The position numbers and the translations under genes were made by a program. A stretch of 64,000 bases of DNA from the NCBI GenBank assembly GCA_043228905.1, contig JBHGNT010000009.1, positions 5,022,001 to 5,086,000 of the forward strand, in the 5' to 3' direction. Of this stretch, positions 22,907 through 37,240 are shown piece by piece (the stretch's first letter is position 1; the number at the start of each line of letters is the position of its first letter). The DNA comes from Azolla caroliniana (Eukaryota > Plantae > Polypodiophyta). Under the pieces are notes generated by a model. That model did no database searches, was not told the origin of the DNA, and saw nothing but the letters and a program-made list of their open reading frames with translations.

Positions 22907-25900
22907 TGTTGGGAAACATGTCCCTCCGGATGGGAAGAGAGAAGAACAGTGTTGATGAGTAAACTCAGCTGAGGCCTATCGGCCTTGGCCGAAACCGGAT
23001 GAAGAGTACCCGGTTATGGAGGACCCGGTGAGAACCGGATGTGGTGTACCCGGCAAGCGCCGGATGAGGAGTACCCGACTACGGAAGATCCGGTGCGAAC
23101 CGGATGAGGAGTACCCGGCAAGAGCCGGATGGTGAAGGCCCGGTGATGAGTGCTCACCGGATGAAGGGACATATTTGTAAATATGTTTCTGAGAGTCCAT
23201 CGGGGCTATATTTGTAAATAGCTGAAAAGTCATATTAGTATAAATATGACTTAGGGCAAACTTTGTTTATGATGATAGTTGTTGTCATTCTTGTTGGTGC
23301 AAGATTAGAGCGTGCAACTGTGTATAGAGAGAGTGAGAGAGAGGAAGAGGTCGTAGCCTCTAATTGTAACCGCCGCCTGTGGCGAAGATAGCAAGCTCGA
23401 GGTCGTGGCCTCAATGCTTTCTTATTGTACATTCTGACATAGTGATAGTTTGTGGTCTGTGGGCTGCCGTGGTTTTTTTCCCGAGTTTGGGTTTTCCACG
23501 TAAACAACCTGTGTACTCTTCTCTCTATCATGTTGTGTTTCACTCCCTGTTTTCTGTGTTTTATTCTAGGCTCGGTTGTGGCCGAGCGTTGTTCAAAGGG
23601 AGCGTGTAGTTCTTGTCAAAGTGGTATCAAAGCAAAACGACACAGAAAATGGATGATTCGTTGGGAGGCTTGTTCAAGCTCACCGGCTCCAACTATTTGG
23701 TGTGGAAGTCGAAGATGAAGGACATGCTCGTGGTTAAAGATCTTTGGTTGCCGGTTCAGTTTGGGGACAAGAGACCGGACAAAATCGACGCCACGATATG
23801 GGAGGTGATGCACATGAAGACAACGGCTTACATACGGTGCTTCATCGACATGAGCCTATACAACAACTTCAATGAAGAGAGCAAGGCTCATGAGCTCTAG
23901 GAGAAGATCGACATTATGTTTCAAAACAAAAATGTAGTTAATCAGGTTTCGGTATTCCGGAAGCTAGTAAGACTCTGATACCAAGATGGCTCCAGCATGG
24001 CGGAGCACATGAATGCCTTCCAGGGGCTGATCCACTAGGCAACATCATTGGAAGTACCTCTCGCCGATGAGGTACTAGCGCTACTCCTGCTCGGTTCCCT
24101 CCCGGATAGCTGGGAGACGTTGGTTGTCACTTTGGGCAACGCCGGGCCGGAAGGGAAACGCTTATCCCTAGCAAGAGTGAAGTCGAGCTTGCTAGATGAG
24201 GAGGCGCGTCGGAAAGATAAGGATACGAGCTCCGACTCCAAAGCGCTCCTTATCGAATCGGAACGCGGAAGACATAGAAACCGTAGTCCCCAGATTCGGG
24301 AAAAGTTGGGGACACGGTCAAAGTCAAGGGGGAGGCCTACTTGCTTCTATTGCGGCAAGCTGGGACACTTCCTGAAAAACTGTCGGCATTTCCGTAAAGA
24401 CAAGGAAACCGACGGTACCGATTCGAAGCGGACACCGGACCGGAACGGTAAAGACCGGAGGGGAACGGACCGGAAGGGAATGACGGCAATCGCGGCAAGT
24501 GAAGAAGAGTTGATGCTCATCACCGAAGAGAGTGAGATAAACCTTGCCGGCGACGAGATGAACCTGGGTGGTCGACTCCAGAGCGTTGTTCCACCTTACC
24601 CCGGACTGGAAATGCTTCTCATCCTACTCAGCCGGTGATCACGACTATGTCTGGATGGGGAATGAAGGTACATGCCGAATTGTCGGCATAGGAGACGTGT
24701 GGTTGACAACACCAACCGGTTGCAAGCTGTTGTTGAAGGATGTCCGACACGTTCCAGAGGTTCTTCTGAACCTGATATCAGCCGGTCGGCTAGATGATGA
24801 AGGCTACACGGGTACCATCCGGAACGGTGTTATGAAGTTTAGCAAAGGGAGCCTGATTATGGCTCGGGCCCGGAAGGTCAACTCACTGTACCTGATGAAT
24901 GCCCGTTGCCATCTTCCGCACTTTTTCTTCCCGGAGCCGGGACCGCTCATAACTTTCGAACTAGATTTGAGCCTCCAGCCAATCATCGTCTAGTTGAGCT
25001 ACGAGCTGCCGGACCTGCACCAATTGTTCATCCGCCAGGGCTGTGAAATCTTCCGCCAGCTCGTCCCTGATGGTGGTGAAGTCCTCCGAGGTCAGCATTA
25101 TAGCAGTCGTCGCCCTCCTTTCGCCGATTTTCAACGTCTGCCCTAAGCAATTGGAGTTCCGCGGTATTCTGCGCCCATTTTGCCCACCAACGCACAGAGT
25201 TGTCATCAATCAAGCTTTCGGTTTTAGTGAGCCATGACCGGAGGATGCAATGGATCCGTTCGGCTCCCATCTGTGATTTATTTTCCGCGGCTTGTTGCTC
25301 TTCCTTCAATTGCTTGATGATCCGAACCGTGTCCGCCTCCTGATCCCTATAATGTGACAATTGAGTTTGATAGGTTGTTTGCAACCTCTGTAGTACTATT
25401 GTCGCCCTTTCCTTGTCTTCATGGTTCTGTTTGTGGAGCTGCATCCGGGCATTCGCCGCTTCCTCCAATAGCCTGGAACTTTCCGCTCGTTCTTCGGCGA
25501 GTGTCATTGTGGCCTTATCAACCTCTTGCCGGAGCTCAGCCATCCGTTGCTGATGCTCCGTCTCCAGCTGCTTGTAGTCCCGATGAAGATGATCGAAATC
25601 ATCGGTCTTCTGCTTCAACCTTTGGTTTATCTGACGGCACGCGCGGTCCTCTCGGTCCTTTTGTTGTCAGAGCTCTTCCTTCAGCCGCTCAATTTCCGTT
25701 TCCGCCATCCGTCGCAACTTGTCTTTTTCCTGCAACACTTTCTCTTTTTCCTCCTTCAGCCGGTCGTAAGCATGATGTCCTTTACGTAGGTTTTCCTCTA
25801 CCCGGCGAAGGTTCTCAGTAGTCTTTCTTAATTCTTCTTCGGTCGCCTTCTTCAAGTCGCGTTCGCAGCTTCGTAATGCTTCTTGTGCGGCTAGCTCATC

Positions 25901-27145
25901 TCGTAATTCCGCAAGCTCTTGGGCTTGCACCGCCTCTTTCTTCGGGACCGTTTGTGTCTCCGGGGTCTTATTCTTCTGTACATCAACTGGAGTCACCGGT
26001 GCTTGGACCTGCGTTGCGGTTAAGGCCATTTTGGCCATATCTCCTGTGATCCGATCCAAGTCTTGTTCCAAGCACCAGATCCTTGACCGGGCCATCTCTA
26101 GTTCATCGGTTGTGACGAGCAACCGTTCCGTTTGCGCTCTTTCCTCCGCCTCTATGCATCCGACTACTCTGGCAATTTGGTCTCCTATCCATCGGAGCCA
26201 TTGGTTGCCAGTGCACTGTTGTTGCGCTTGCACGGAGAGTTGGCTGATGGGTTCACTCGTCGGTGGCTGGTCCCGCCTTTCTGCGTCAAGCTGCACTTCT
26301 GGTTCTGTCAACTGACCAGTTTGCCGTTCCGGCTCTGAGTGTGTTTCGTCTGGTCGCCCCTTGTATGCTTGTTCTTGGCCGGCTGGGGCGGTTGGCCTTT
26401 GTATCTCCGGCTCTTGGGTGACGGGGCTTGCCGGGGCTGCTTGTTGTGTCGGGACTTCTGTGACCGGTTCCATCTGAACCGGTTCCGGTGCCTCCCTTGG
26501 CGTGGGTTGCTTGGCGTGAGTTGTGGGTGTTCCATCCTTCTGTCGGTCCGAACGTTTCACGATTGATTCTACGGTGCTCTTCACTGGCCACCGCTAGAGG
26601 TGCTCCGTGTGTTCTTCCTCCATCTCTTCCGCCTGAATCCCGGCATTCATTCTTGCCGCCAAGGTGTCTGTTTCCTATTGCGCCGGTCGGTGGAGTGGGC
26701 TCTTCAAGGCCCGTGCCGGTGTCTCCTCGTGCGTGTCCGCCGTCACTTTCGGCCGGCGCGCTCCTTCGTTGCCTTCTCTACTTCGGCAGTCTTCCCCTTA
26801 GTGGCCTTGGAAGCCAACAGTTGTTGCCGTTTCAAAGCAGGTTTTGGGGTGTCGCCCGTTGTTCTTCCCCGCTTCTTGGTTTGGACGGACTCGACCGGTG
26901 GCGCCAACAGGGTGAGCCATTGTGTCACTGCATGCCATATTTTCCGGCCTTCCTTGCCGTCCTTTCCCCTTACTATATCAATGGTCGTACACAGCCCGTC
27001 GGCGATCAACATCGGCCAATCTACCTTGACCCCTTCGTACGTTGCGATGATCAAGCCTGCTCGGTTCTAAGGCATGACGAGGGGTCGAGGGTACACGTGG
27101 CCGAACTCGTGGAGCACTTGGGCAATTTCTCGGAATAACATATCT

Positions 27146-30100
27146 TGTTGGGATTACGGTCCCTTCGGATGGGATGGTCGGATGTCGGAGATGAATGCCG
27201 ACGAGCCCGGTTTCGGTTTCGGAACCGGATGATGAAGACCCCGGCTTCGGAGCCGGATGACGAATGTACCCGGAGAGAGATCCGGATGCAGGGACATATC
27301 CGTGAATATGTTTGCTAAGGGCCCCTGAGGCTATAGTTGTAAATAGCCCCAAAGTCATATATGTATAAATATGACTTAGGGCAAACAGGTTTATTGCTGC
27401 TGATCATTTTTCTGTTTTTTCCACTCAAGAGGAGTGAAGAGAGAGAGCAGCCGTGAGAGAGAGAGATAGAGCGTGAGAGAGGAAGAGGTCGACGCCTCTG
27501 TGTAATTCCGCCGCCTGTGGCGAGGACAGGGAGCTCAAGGTCGTCGCCTTGCAGCTCGCCATTGTATATTTCTCTGTGCATAGTTTTGGTTTGGAGTCTT
27601 GTACTCCCGTGGTTTTTCCCGTACAGGGTTTTCCACGTTAATCTCTGTGTATTCGTGTCTTTCTCTGTGATTCCTATTTTCTGCTGCATTGATTCGCGCT
27701 TACTCGGTTGTGGCCGAGTGGTGAAGGCTAATCGGAGCGTCGATTTCTCAACAAACTGGTATCAGAGCGACTGCTGCAGAAAATGGAAGGCGGCGGCAGC
27801 GGGCAGCCGGGGATGATGGTGCTGAATGCGCAGAATTACGCCGACTGGAAGATCAAGATGGAGGATCTTCTGATTGTTCGGGACCTGTACGAACCGATTG
27901 ACAGGTCGGAAATACCGAAGGGGGTACTTGAGTCGGAATGGAGGCTTCTGAACCGGAAAGCCGTTGCAACCATTCGGCAATACGTCGACGTGAGCGTTCT
28001 ACAACATGTGGCGAACGACACCAACGCATATGAGATGTGGCGGAAGCTGTCGGGCCTCTACGAGAGGAAGAATGCGTTGAACCGGACCTCCCTGATGAGG
28101 AAGATAGTGAATCTCAAGTACCGGGACGGCGAGAGTATGGTGGAACACGTAAGCACGTTCATGGGATTCGTGAATCAGCTTGCGGCGATCAAGTTCCCGT
28201 TGGAGGATGCAATGCAAGCCATCATCCTGATGTGTACATTGCCGGAAAGCTGGGAGAACTTGGTGGTGACTCTCAGCACCTCCTGCACCAAAGATAACTT
28301 GTCCTTACAAACGGTAAAGACAAGTATTTTGAACGAAGAAGCGCGTCGGAGAGATAAAGAACCGGCCTCCGACTCGAAGGCGCTGCTTACCGAATCGGAT
28401 CGGGGAAGACAATGGAACCGGAGTCCGCAAAGACGGGAGAAGTCGGGGATCCGGTCGCAGTCAAGAGGAAGGCCCACATGCTTCCACTGTGGGAAGCCGG
28501 GGCACTTCCGAAAGAATTGTCGGCATTACCGAAAAGACAACGGAGCCGACGACACCGATTCGAAGAAGTCACCGGAGAGAAACGGTGCATACCGGGGAGC
28601 CACGGACCGGAGAGGTTCGGATCGGCGAGGGCAGGACCGGAAAGGAACGACGGCACTCGCGGCAAGTGAGGAAGAAATCATGCTCATCACCGAAGAAGGT
28701 GAACTAAACATTGCCGGCGATGAGACGACCTGGGTGGTCGATTCCGGAGCATCGTTCCACCTGACCCCGGAGAGAAGATACTTCTCATCCTACACAGCCG
28801 GTGAGCATGGCTGTGTTCGGATGGGAAATGAAGGTACGTGCCGGATTGCCGGCATAGGAGACGTGTGGTTGACAACCCCGACCGGATGCAAAATGCTGCT
28901 GAAGGATGTCTGACACGTTCCGGAGGTTCGATTGAACCTGATTTCGGCCGGGAGGCTAGACGATGAAGGCTACACAGGTAGCATCCGGAACGGCGTAATG
29001 AAGTTCAGCAAGGGGAGCCTGATAGTGGCTCGGGCCCGGAAAGACAACACACTGTACCTGATGAATGCCCAGTTATGTCCGGAAGAGCTGAATGTGGCAG
29101 CCGACACTGCCGGTGAGCTGTGGCACAAAAGACTGTGCCACATGAGTGAGAAGGGGATGAAGAGGCTTGCAGAAGACAACCTTATTCCAGTGAAGCATGT
29201 GCACCTGGAGAAGTGCACCGATTGCCTGGCCGGAAGGCAGAACCGAACCTCCTTCCACTCAAGGCCACCGACGAGACGTAGCGCACCATTGGAGTTGGTG
29301 CACACTGATGTGTGTCAGGTAGAAACGAAGTCACATGGCGGAGCCCAGTACTTCGTAACATTCATTGATGATCACAGCCGGAAGCTGTGGACGGCACCGC
29401 TGAAGACAAAGGACCAAGTGTTGTGCGTCTTCAAAGAACTCCACGCGAGAGTGGAAAGGGAATCCGGCAAGAAGCTGAAAGCGATACGAGCGGATAACGG
29501 AGGGGAATACCGGGGGCAGTTCGCGGAGTACTGTCGCTCGAAGGGAATCCGGCTCGAGTTTACTGTGCCGAAGACGCCGGAACTGAACGGGCTGGCCGAG
29601 AGGATGAACCGGACCATAATGGAGAGGGTCCGGAGTATGCTGGCGCATGCGGAATTACCCAAGGGGTGTTGGGCTGAGGCGATGTCGACGGCGACATACG
29701 TGATAAACAGATCACCCTCAGTACCTTTGGACGGAGACACGCCGCAGAGAGCGTGGACCGGTAGGGAAGTATCCTACCGGCATCTGAAGGTGTTCGGGTG
29801 TCTCGCATACGTGCATGTGGCAAAGGACCGGAGAGGAAAGCTAGATCCAAAGACCCGGCCATGCATATTCCTCGGTTACGGCGATGACGAGTTCGGCTAC
29901 CGAGTATGGGACCCGGTCGACAAGAAGATATTCCGGAGTCGTGATATCATCTTCATGGAGAACAAGACACTCGCCGACTGGGAGTCGGAGAAGAAGATGA
30001 AGAGCTCCAAGTCGACCGGTGAGGATCAACTCTACGAGGAGCAGTCCCAACCGGCAAGGGACCGGTTAGCACTCGAGGATCCGGCCGAAGACGGTGAAGA

Positions 30101-32458
30101 AACAGAACCGGCCGAGGAAGATGAAACTAATACCGGAACCGGCCCCGATCCCGAAATGGATTCGGATGAAGAGGAAACGGAGGAGCCGGTTACCGAAGCT
30201 CCGGAACGGAGATATCCTCTAAGAGAGAGAAGGGCCCCCCGGAGATTTCCGGAACCAGAGCACGTGCTGCTAACCGACGAGGGGGAGCCGGAGAGCTTTG
30301 AAGAAGCAAAGCATGACACCCAGAGCCGCAGGTGGTTGAGTGCCATGCAGGACGAGATGGATTCCCTGCATGAGAACCGCACATATGAACTTGTGGAGTT
30401 GCCGAAAGGTAAGCGGGCACTCCGTAACAAGTGGGTGTTCAAGCTGAAACCGGGAGATGCCGGAAACCCCCCGAGATACAAAGCCAGGATCGTGGTGAAG
30501 GGGTTTCAGCAGAAGAAGGGCGTCGACTTCGACGAGATATTTGCCCCGGTAGTGAAGATGACCTCCATCCGGACGGTGCTGAGCATAGCGGCAAGCATGG
30601 ACCTCGAGGTAGAACAGATGGACGTGAAGACGGCATTCCTTCACGGTAACCTCGAAGAAGAGATCTACATGCAGCAACCGGAAGGATTCGAGAAGGAAGG
30701 GAAGGAGCACCTGGTATGCCGGTTGAAGAAGAGCCTTTACGGACTGAAGCAGGCTCCCCGGCAATGGTACCGGAAGTTCGACTCCTTCATGACCGACGAA
30801 GGGTACCTCAAAACGCAGTCCGACCACTGCGTGTTTGTGAAGAAGTTCGAAGGAGGAGACTTTCTAATACTCCTCCTGTATGTGGACGACATGTTGATCG
30901 TCGGACGAGACCAGGTCAAGATACGGATGCTGAAGAAGGCTCTTCACCGAACCTTCTCAATGAAGGACCTGGGTCCGGCGAGGCAAATACTAGGGATGCA
31001 CATCATCCGGGACCGGAAGAAGAAGCAGTTGTGGCTGTCACAGGAGAAGTACGTGACGAAGGTGCTTCACCGGTTCAACATGTCGGATCGACCCTCCCGG
31101 CAAACTGCAAGCTGTCCAGCAAGCAAAGCCCCAAGACAAAGGCTGAGAAGGAGGACATGATGAAAGTACCATATGCCTCTGCCGTCGGGAGCTTGATGTA
31201 CACGATGGTGTGTACCCGACCGGACATAGGATATGCAGTCGGAGTGGTGAGTCGGTACATGAGCAATCCCGGCAAAGAGCATTGGAACGTGGCCAAGTGG
31301 ATACTCCGATACCTGAAGGGCATGACAGACGTGTGCCTCCGATTCGGCTCCGGTAAGCCCGAACTCGACGGCTTCACCGATTCGGATATGTCGGCTGATG
31401 CTGATACCAGCCGGTCCACATCAGGGTATGTAATGACGTATGCAAGGGGAGCTGTTTCATGGCAGTCGAGGATGCAGAAGACGGTTGCGTTGTCAACCAC
31501 GGAGGCGGAGTACATGGCGGCTGTTGAAGCCGGCAAGGAAGTAATATGGATGAAGGACTTCATTAGAGAGCTCGGGATCCGGCAGGAGGAGTACCGACTC
31601 TACTGCGATAGTCAGAGTGCAATCCACCTTGCGAAGAACGCGGCCTATCACTCCCGGACGAAGCACATCCAGCGAAGATATCACTGGATCCGGGAAAGGA
31701 TAGAAGACAAGGAGTTCGTGCTGACAAAGATCCACACGGACGAGAACGGGTCGGATATGCTGACCAAGGTGCTCACACCCGACAAGCTGGAAGCATGCCG
31801 GAAGAGGATCGGATTGGAAAGACATCCCATGCCGAAGTGAAGGGGGAGTTTGTTGGGATTACGGTCCCTTCGGATGGGATGGTCGGATGTCGGAGATGAA
31901 TGCCGACGAGCCCGGTTTCGGTTTCGGAACCGGATGATGAAGACCCCGGCTTCGGAGCCGGATGACGAATGTACCCGGAGAGAGATCCGGATGCAGGGAC
32001 ATATCCGTGAATATGTTTGCTAAGGGCCCCTGAGGCTATAGTTGTAAATAGCCCCAAAGTCATATATGTATAAATATGACTTAGGGCAAACAGGTTTATT
32101 GCTGCTGATCATTTTTCTGTTTTTTCCACTCAAGAGGAGTGAAGAGAGAGAGCAGCCGTGAGAGAGAGAGATAGAGCGTGAGAGAGGAAGAGGTCGACGC
32201 CTCTGTGTAATTCCGCCGCCTGTGGCGAGGACAGGGAGCTCAAGGTCGTCGCCTTGCAGCTCGCCATTGTATATTTCTCTGTGCATAGTTTTGGTTTGGA
32301 GTCTTGTACTCCCGTGGTTTTTCCCGTACAGGGTTTTCCACGTTAATCTTTGTGTATTCGTGTCTTTCTCTGTGATTCCTATTTTCTGCTGCATTGATTC
32401 GCGCTTACTCGGTTGTGGCCGAGTGGTGAAGGCTAATCGGAGCGTCGATTTCTCAACA
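27146..32458 (+). mobile_element. Full-length, very recent Tnt1/Tork-like Ty1/copia element (family C, related to B)
   Basis: 608-bp LTRs 27146..27753 and 31851..32458 (TG...CA; one mismatch noticed). TSD TATCT at 27141..27145 and 32459..32463. PBS TGGTATCAGAGC 27757..27768 (tRNA-iMet). PPT GAAGGGGGAG 31839..31848. Confidence 0.98.
27783..31840 (+). pseudogene. Copia gag-pol with one nonsense codon and one frameshift
   Basis: CFHCGKPGHFRKNC, WVVDSGASFH, LWHKRLCH, DNGGEY, LYVDDML, SRTKHIQRRYHWIRE. TGA at 28911..28913 where family B has CGA; frameshifting deletion near 31090. Confidence 0.95.
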
Positions 32459-33148
32459 TATCTTCGCCGCCCTGTGTCCTATAGCCCTTGCTGGCTAGAG
32501 AGTACTCACCGAAATATTTGATGAGTTGCTCGGGGGTAGGATTGTCGATCGTGTAGATACCGCCCTCCAGAAGACCTATTAACGCACGGATCGCTTCTTC
32601 TGTGATCACCTCCGTGTCGATTTCTTTTATAATCTTCTCGGCCTCTTTGTGTGGCGCGGCCTCCATGAACGTTAAGAAACCCTCCAGACCGTGCTTCCAT
32701 AACCATTTCTTGGCGGCTTCAGACAGCGTTTGGCAGTCCATCTCTGCGTCGAGGTCGGAGAGCGTCGGAGAGGTCTAATGGTGGGGAGAGTGTGAGAGAG
32801 AAAGTTCTGAGGGAGGGGGTTCTCTGTGTGCGAGCTCTCTATGATTTATCTTCACGCGTCACTCTGCGTCTATTCTCCTTGGTTCGCGATAGGAGAAGGT
32901 CTCAATGCGTGGGGGTCTTTCTCTATGCATCTTGGCACCTTTTTTGAGCCTCCGCATGTGCAGGTCGTGTACTATAATAGCATTGCGTGCCATGTGGCGG
33001 TGGTTTAATGTCCTATTCATAGCTCCTCATACCTTTTCGACGTGCCTCTTTACTCCTCGTGTGCATGGCCGTTTCCACCACTCCTTTCCATGATTTATTT
33101 GATTTATTTATTTATTTTAATTTATTTTTTTTGAACTTACCTGTGTGG

Positions 33149-36100
33149 TTAGTTGTTCTCTGAAGCGTACACCTCGTCGGCCTCTTGTCGATTTGCCGGC
33201 TCATGCTTCTCCTTACTGACTTGGTGGTAGCCGTCGTCTTCACCAGTTGCCGTTATGGTTGGCCTGTCGGCGTCTGATTCGGTTTCGGTCCTTCGTTCAA
33301 ATGGGTTCTTAGGCATAGGTCCTTTGTATGGTTTTAATCTAAATCCGTTGACCCATTTGCCCAACACTTCTCCGGCAAGTGTCCCCAACTGGTAGGACCC
33401 ATTGAACTCACGTGTGATCCAGTACGGTCCGGTCCATCTAAACCATAGTTTACCTGGCATTTTGCCCATCCGGGTCTGGAACACGAGTACCGGCTTTCCG
33501 GTCCCGAACATTTTTTCGTTCCCCTTCCGGTGCCGATCTACAAATGCTTTCCATCTCCATTGTTCCAATTCCAGGTGCATAATGCTCGCCAGTCGGTGTT
33601 CTTCCAGTTCACACTGAGCCTTTAACCGAATTGCCTCCGATTCCTTTTCATTCAATCGTTCCTTAATCTGAATCCGTAAGCTTGGTACGTGGAACTCGAC
33701 CGGCATGACTGCCTCCAATCCGAATGCTAACCGGAACGGTGTTGTCTGGATGTTTGTTTTGTACGCTGTCCGATAAGCCCAGAGCGCACTGTGCAGCTTT
33801 GTGTCCCAATTTGTCCGATTTTCATTGACGGTCTTCCGGAGGATATTTTGGAGCGTTTTGTTCATCGACTCAGCTTAACCCATTTGCTTGCGGATAGTAC
33901 GGTGTGCTTCTTTTATGTACTACCGCATAGAACGTCGTCAAACTTTCTACCACCTGTCCAAGAAAGTGCCCTCCTTGGTCGCTTATCAGTTCTATGCGGC
34001 ATCCGTACTGGCACCAAATGGATTCGTATAAGAATTTCGTTGTTGACGTCGCGGTGTTGTCTCGTAAGGCTTTCGCTTCCACCCACTTAGTGCAGTAATC
34101 CGTCGCGACGATCACGTACCGGTTGCCGGTTCTCATTGCTAGTGGTTTGAATGGCCCGACGAAATCCAGCCCCCATTTCTGGAATGGTTCTAGTGGCAGG
34201 ACTGGCTGGTGTGGCATCCGAGCTTGTTCCGTTGGCTGACCCATTCGTTGGCATAGATCACAGTCCTTCGCATACCGGACTGCATCTTTCAATGTGGTTG
34301 GCCACCATAGGCCAGTTTGCCATACTTTCCTTGTCGTCGCATCTCCGGCATAATGGCCTCTGACGACTCCGCAGTGTGCCTTCCGTAGTATTACCTCCTC
34401 TTCGTTGCGCACCGCTCATCGCTAGATACCGTCCGCACCTTTGTGGTATAGCGTGTCCTGTAATAAACAGAAGTGTCGGCTCTGTACCGCTAGGCGTTTT
34501 CTCTCGTCCTGGTTCATTTCCTCTGGCGGCAATCCGGTGCTCAGAAACTGGTGCATATTAGTTAGCCACTTATCTTCTTGTGCCAACGTTTCATCTGTTG
34601 CCGTTTTAGTGGTGACTCGAAAATGCTCTGCATCCGGAAACTCGTCCGGTACTCCGTCCCCTGTCTCCCCAGAATCTAGCCGGCTTAGATAATCTGCGAC
34701 CGCATGCTATATGTCGGGTCGGTGGAATATCTCGAATTCAAACTCTTGCAACAACAAAGTCCACCGGGCCAGCTTACCGGTAAGTGACGCTTTGGATACT
34801 AGGTAAAGGAGTGTCGAATGATCCACATGGAAGGAGAACTTTCTTCCCAATAAATAATGCCTGAATTTTGTTGCACTGTAGATCATTCCTAAAGCTTCCC
34901 TTTCCGTGGTAGAATAATTTCGCTCCGCTTGGGATAGCTTCCGGCTAGCATAGTACACTGGCCGGTACCACCTTGGCTCGGTAAGCTGCATGAGCGTGTT
35001 GCCGATTGCGATATCGGAAGCGTCCATGAACACATGAAATTCTTTACTCCAATCGGGAGGCTGCACTACCAGTGCTTGTGATAATAACAACTTTAGTGCC
35101 CGGTACGCCTTGTCTTCGATGTCGGTCCATTGGAACGGTGTTCGATGTACTACCGTATGCAGAGGTGTAGCCAGGTCTGCCAAATATCAGAGCATACGGC
35201 TATGCCAACGGATTTGTCCTAGGAAACGGCTCAATGACTTTGTCGTTGCCGGGGTCGGTGCTTCCCGGATTGCTTTCACTTTGTCCAGATCTACGGCAAT
35301 GCCTTCCTTGCTTACTATATGCCCTAGTAGCGTTCCGCTGGCCACTCCAAATACACACTTCGCCGGATTCAAGCTTAGCCGGTACGCCCTACACTTCTCT
35401 AGACATAGTCTGAAATGCTGCAAATGATCTTCTTCTCTACTATAGACGGCAAAGTCGTCAAGGAACACCTGCATAAAGCCAGTATGTATTCGCCAAAGAT
35501 CTCCATGATGATCCGTTGGAATGTTGTTGGTGCCATTTTCAGCCCGAACATCATCACCACCGCAACAAACACTCCCCATTCGGTGACAAAAGCCGTTTTC
35601 TCTTGATCCTCAGGGTGCATCCAGATCTGATTATACCCGTTGAATCCGTCTAAGAAACTGTCGACTTCATGGCCGGCGATGGCATCCAAAACTCCATCCG
35701 TAAACGGAAGTGGAAATGCATCCGTTACCGTTGACGCATTGAGCTTCCGGTAGTCGACACAAACTCTAATTTTTCTGTTCTTTTTCGGTACGACTACAAT
35801 CGGGCTCAGCCATGTAGATTTCTTTACGGGACGGATGAAGCCGACCCTCAGTAATTTGTCGATCTCCTCTTTAACTTTGGCGGCGTAGTGTGGGTTCATC
35901 CGGTACCGACGTTGTGCCACCGGCTTGGCGTCTTTGCTTAGATGTATTTGGTGCTCATACAACTGAGGATCTAGGCCTCTCATATCCTCGTACGACCAGG
36001 CAAAGACGTCGTGAAACTCGTTGAGGAGTGTAATTATCGCCGTTTTGTTCTCTGCATTCATTTCTTTGGCGATGTGCACCGGTTTTGCCTCCTTCGTCGT

Positions 36101-37240
36101 TCCTAGATTTACTTCTTCTAATTGGGACACTTTTACGCGCTGGGATACGGCCATTTCCCTTTCCAACGCTTCCTGCGCATGCCGTAACTCCCAGATTGTT
36201 TCTTTATCCAGTTCCGCTTTGGTTTCGTCTGGTTGTAGTAAGTAGCGTGATACCGCCTCCGCGACGTCAATTTCGAAGAGGGGTACAATCTTCGGGTTCT
36301 CCAACAAGTACTGCTCTTCTTCTTCGTCTGCTAATCCCTCCAGCATATTGACACACTCCGCATATAATGGTGTCAGGTCCTTGTCGGTGCCCTTCCTTTA
36401 TTGTGTTGGTACCTGTACCTTCGCTTTTCCCCGCCGGAACGTAATCATATTCCTCCTCCAGTTCTGCTTGATATGCGCCGTTTTTAACCAAGGTCGTCCC
36501 AACAATAATGGGTAAGCTCCTTGAGCTTGCAACTGGAGAACTACGGCTGAGATTCGGAATGTGTGTCCCCCGATGGTTACTTCCAAATTCCGTATTAATC
36601 CTGTCGGTCGCACCGAACTTGTGTTAGCCATTCAGAGCCAGAACGGACATGGCTCCCACTCTCGGATTCCAAGAGCATCGCATGTCCGAAGGCTGATTAC
36701 ATTAACGCCGGAGCCTCCGTCTATTATTGTGTCGGGGAGTTCTTTCCCTTTCACAATGGCCGTGATTGCCGGACTGTTGGTGTCCACCACGGCCGGTCCC
36801 TCCTCTAGATTTGAGAAGAACGCCGAAGCCGGTGGTGTTCCGCCTGTCGTCATGCCTTCCTTGAGTCCTTCTGTGAATCTTGGCACTAACTGCAAGAGTC
36901 GTCCCAACGGTAGCGTGATCTGGCATTCCTGCAATACCTGCCATGTCGCGTTTTCGGACTAACTGCTTCCGGCAAGCTCTTCGGTGTTCTCCTTCTGTTG
37001 CGCGAGTTCTGCTACGTTTCGCTCATTGGCCTTTTTTACCCATTCCGTTGCTTGTTTCTGGATGGCCTCTTGTGTCTCCCATTCCGTAGTCTTCCCCTTC
37101 GACCTTGTGGTGACCTGCTGGAGGTCTGCGACTTCGGCGACTACCATGTTTACTGCCGGTCGCTTATCGTAGCTTTTTGCCGGACATTGATTACTATAAT
37201 GTCTTTCTTGCCGGCAGTAATAGCAATATGCTTTCCGAGT
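33149..37240 (-). pseudogene. Gypsy pol (PR-RT-RH-INT) with stops and frameshifts
   Basis: IIDGGSGVNVI; RVCVDYRKLN, FLDGFNGYNQI, VFLDDF; DASDIAIG, ERNYSTTEREAL; GLWWPT, WGLDFVGP, TPYYPQANG, WTGPY. Confidence 0.93.

Larger units (their letters stand above)
24910..32741 (-). pseudogene. Extra ORF downstream of gypsy pol (32741..32459 plus 27140..~24910), split by the copia C insertion
   Basis: Removing the copia and one TSD copy restores the frame (...RTQGGED-MLFREIAQVLHEFGHVYPRP...GVKVDWPMLIADGL). A Pro/Gln-rich region and a long coiled-coil-like region follow (ORFs 25667..26584 and 25028..25618), with a few in-frame stops. Confidence 0.75.
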
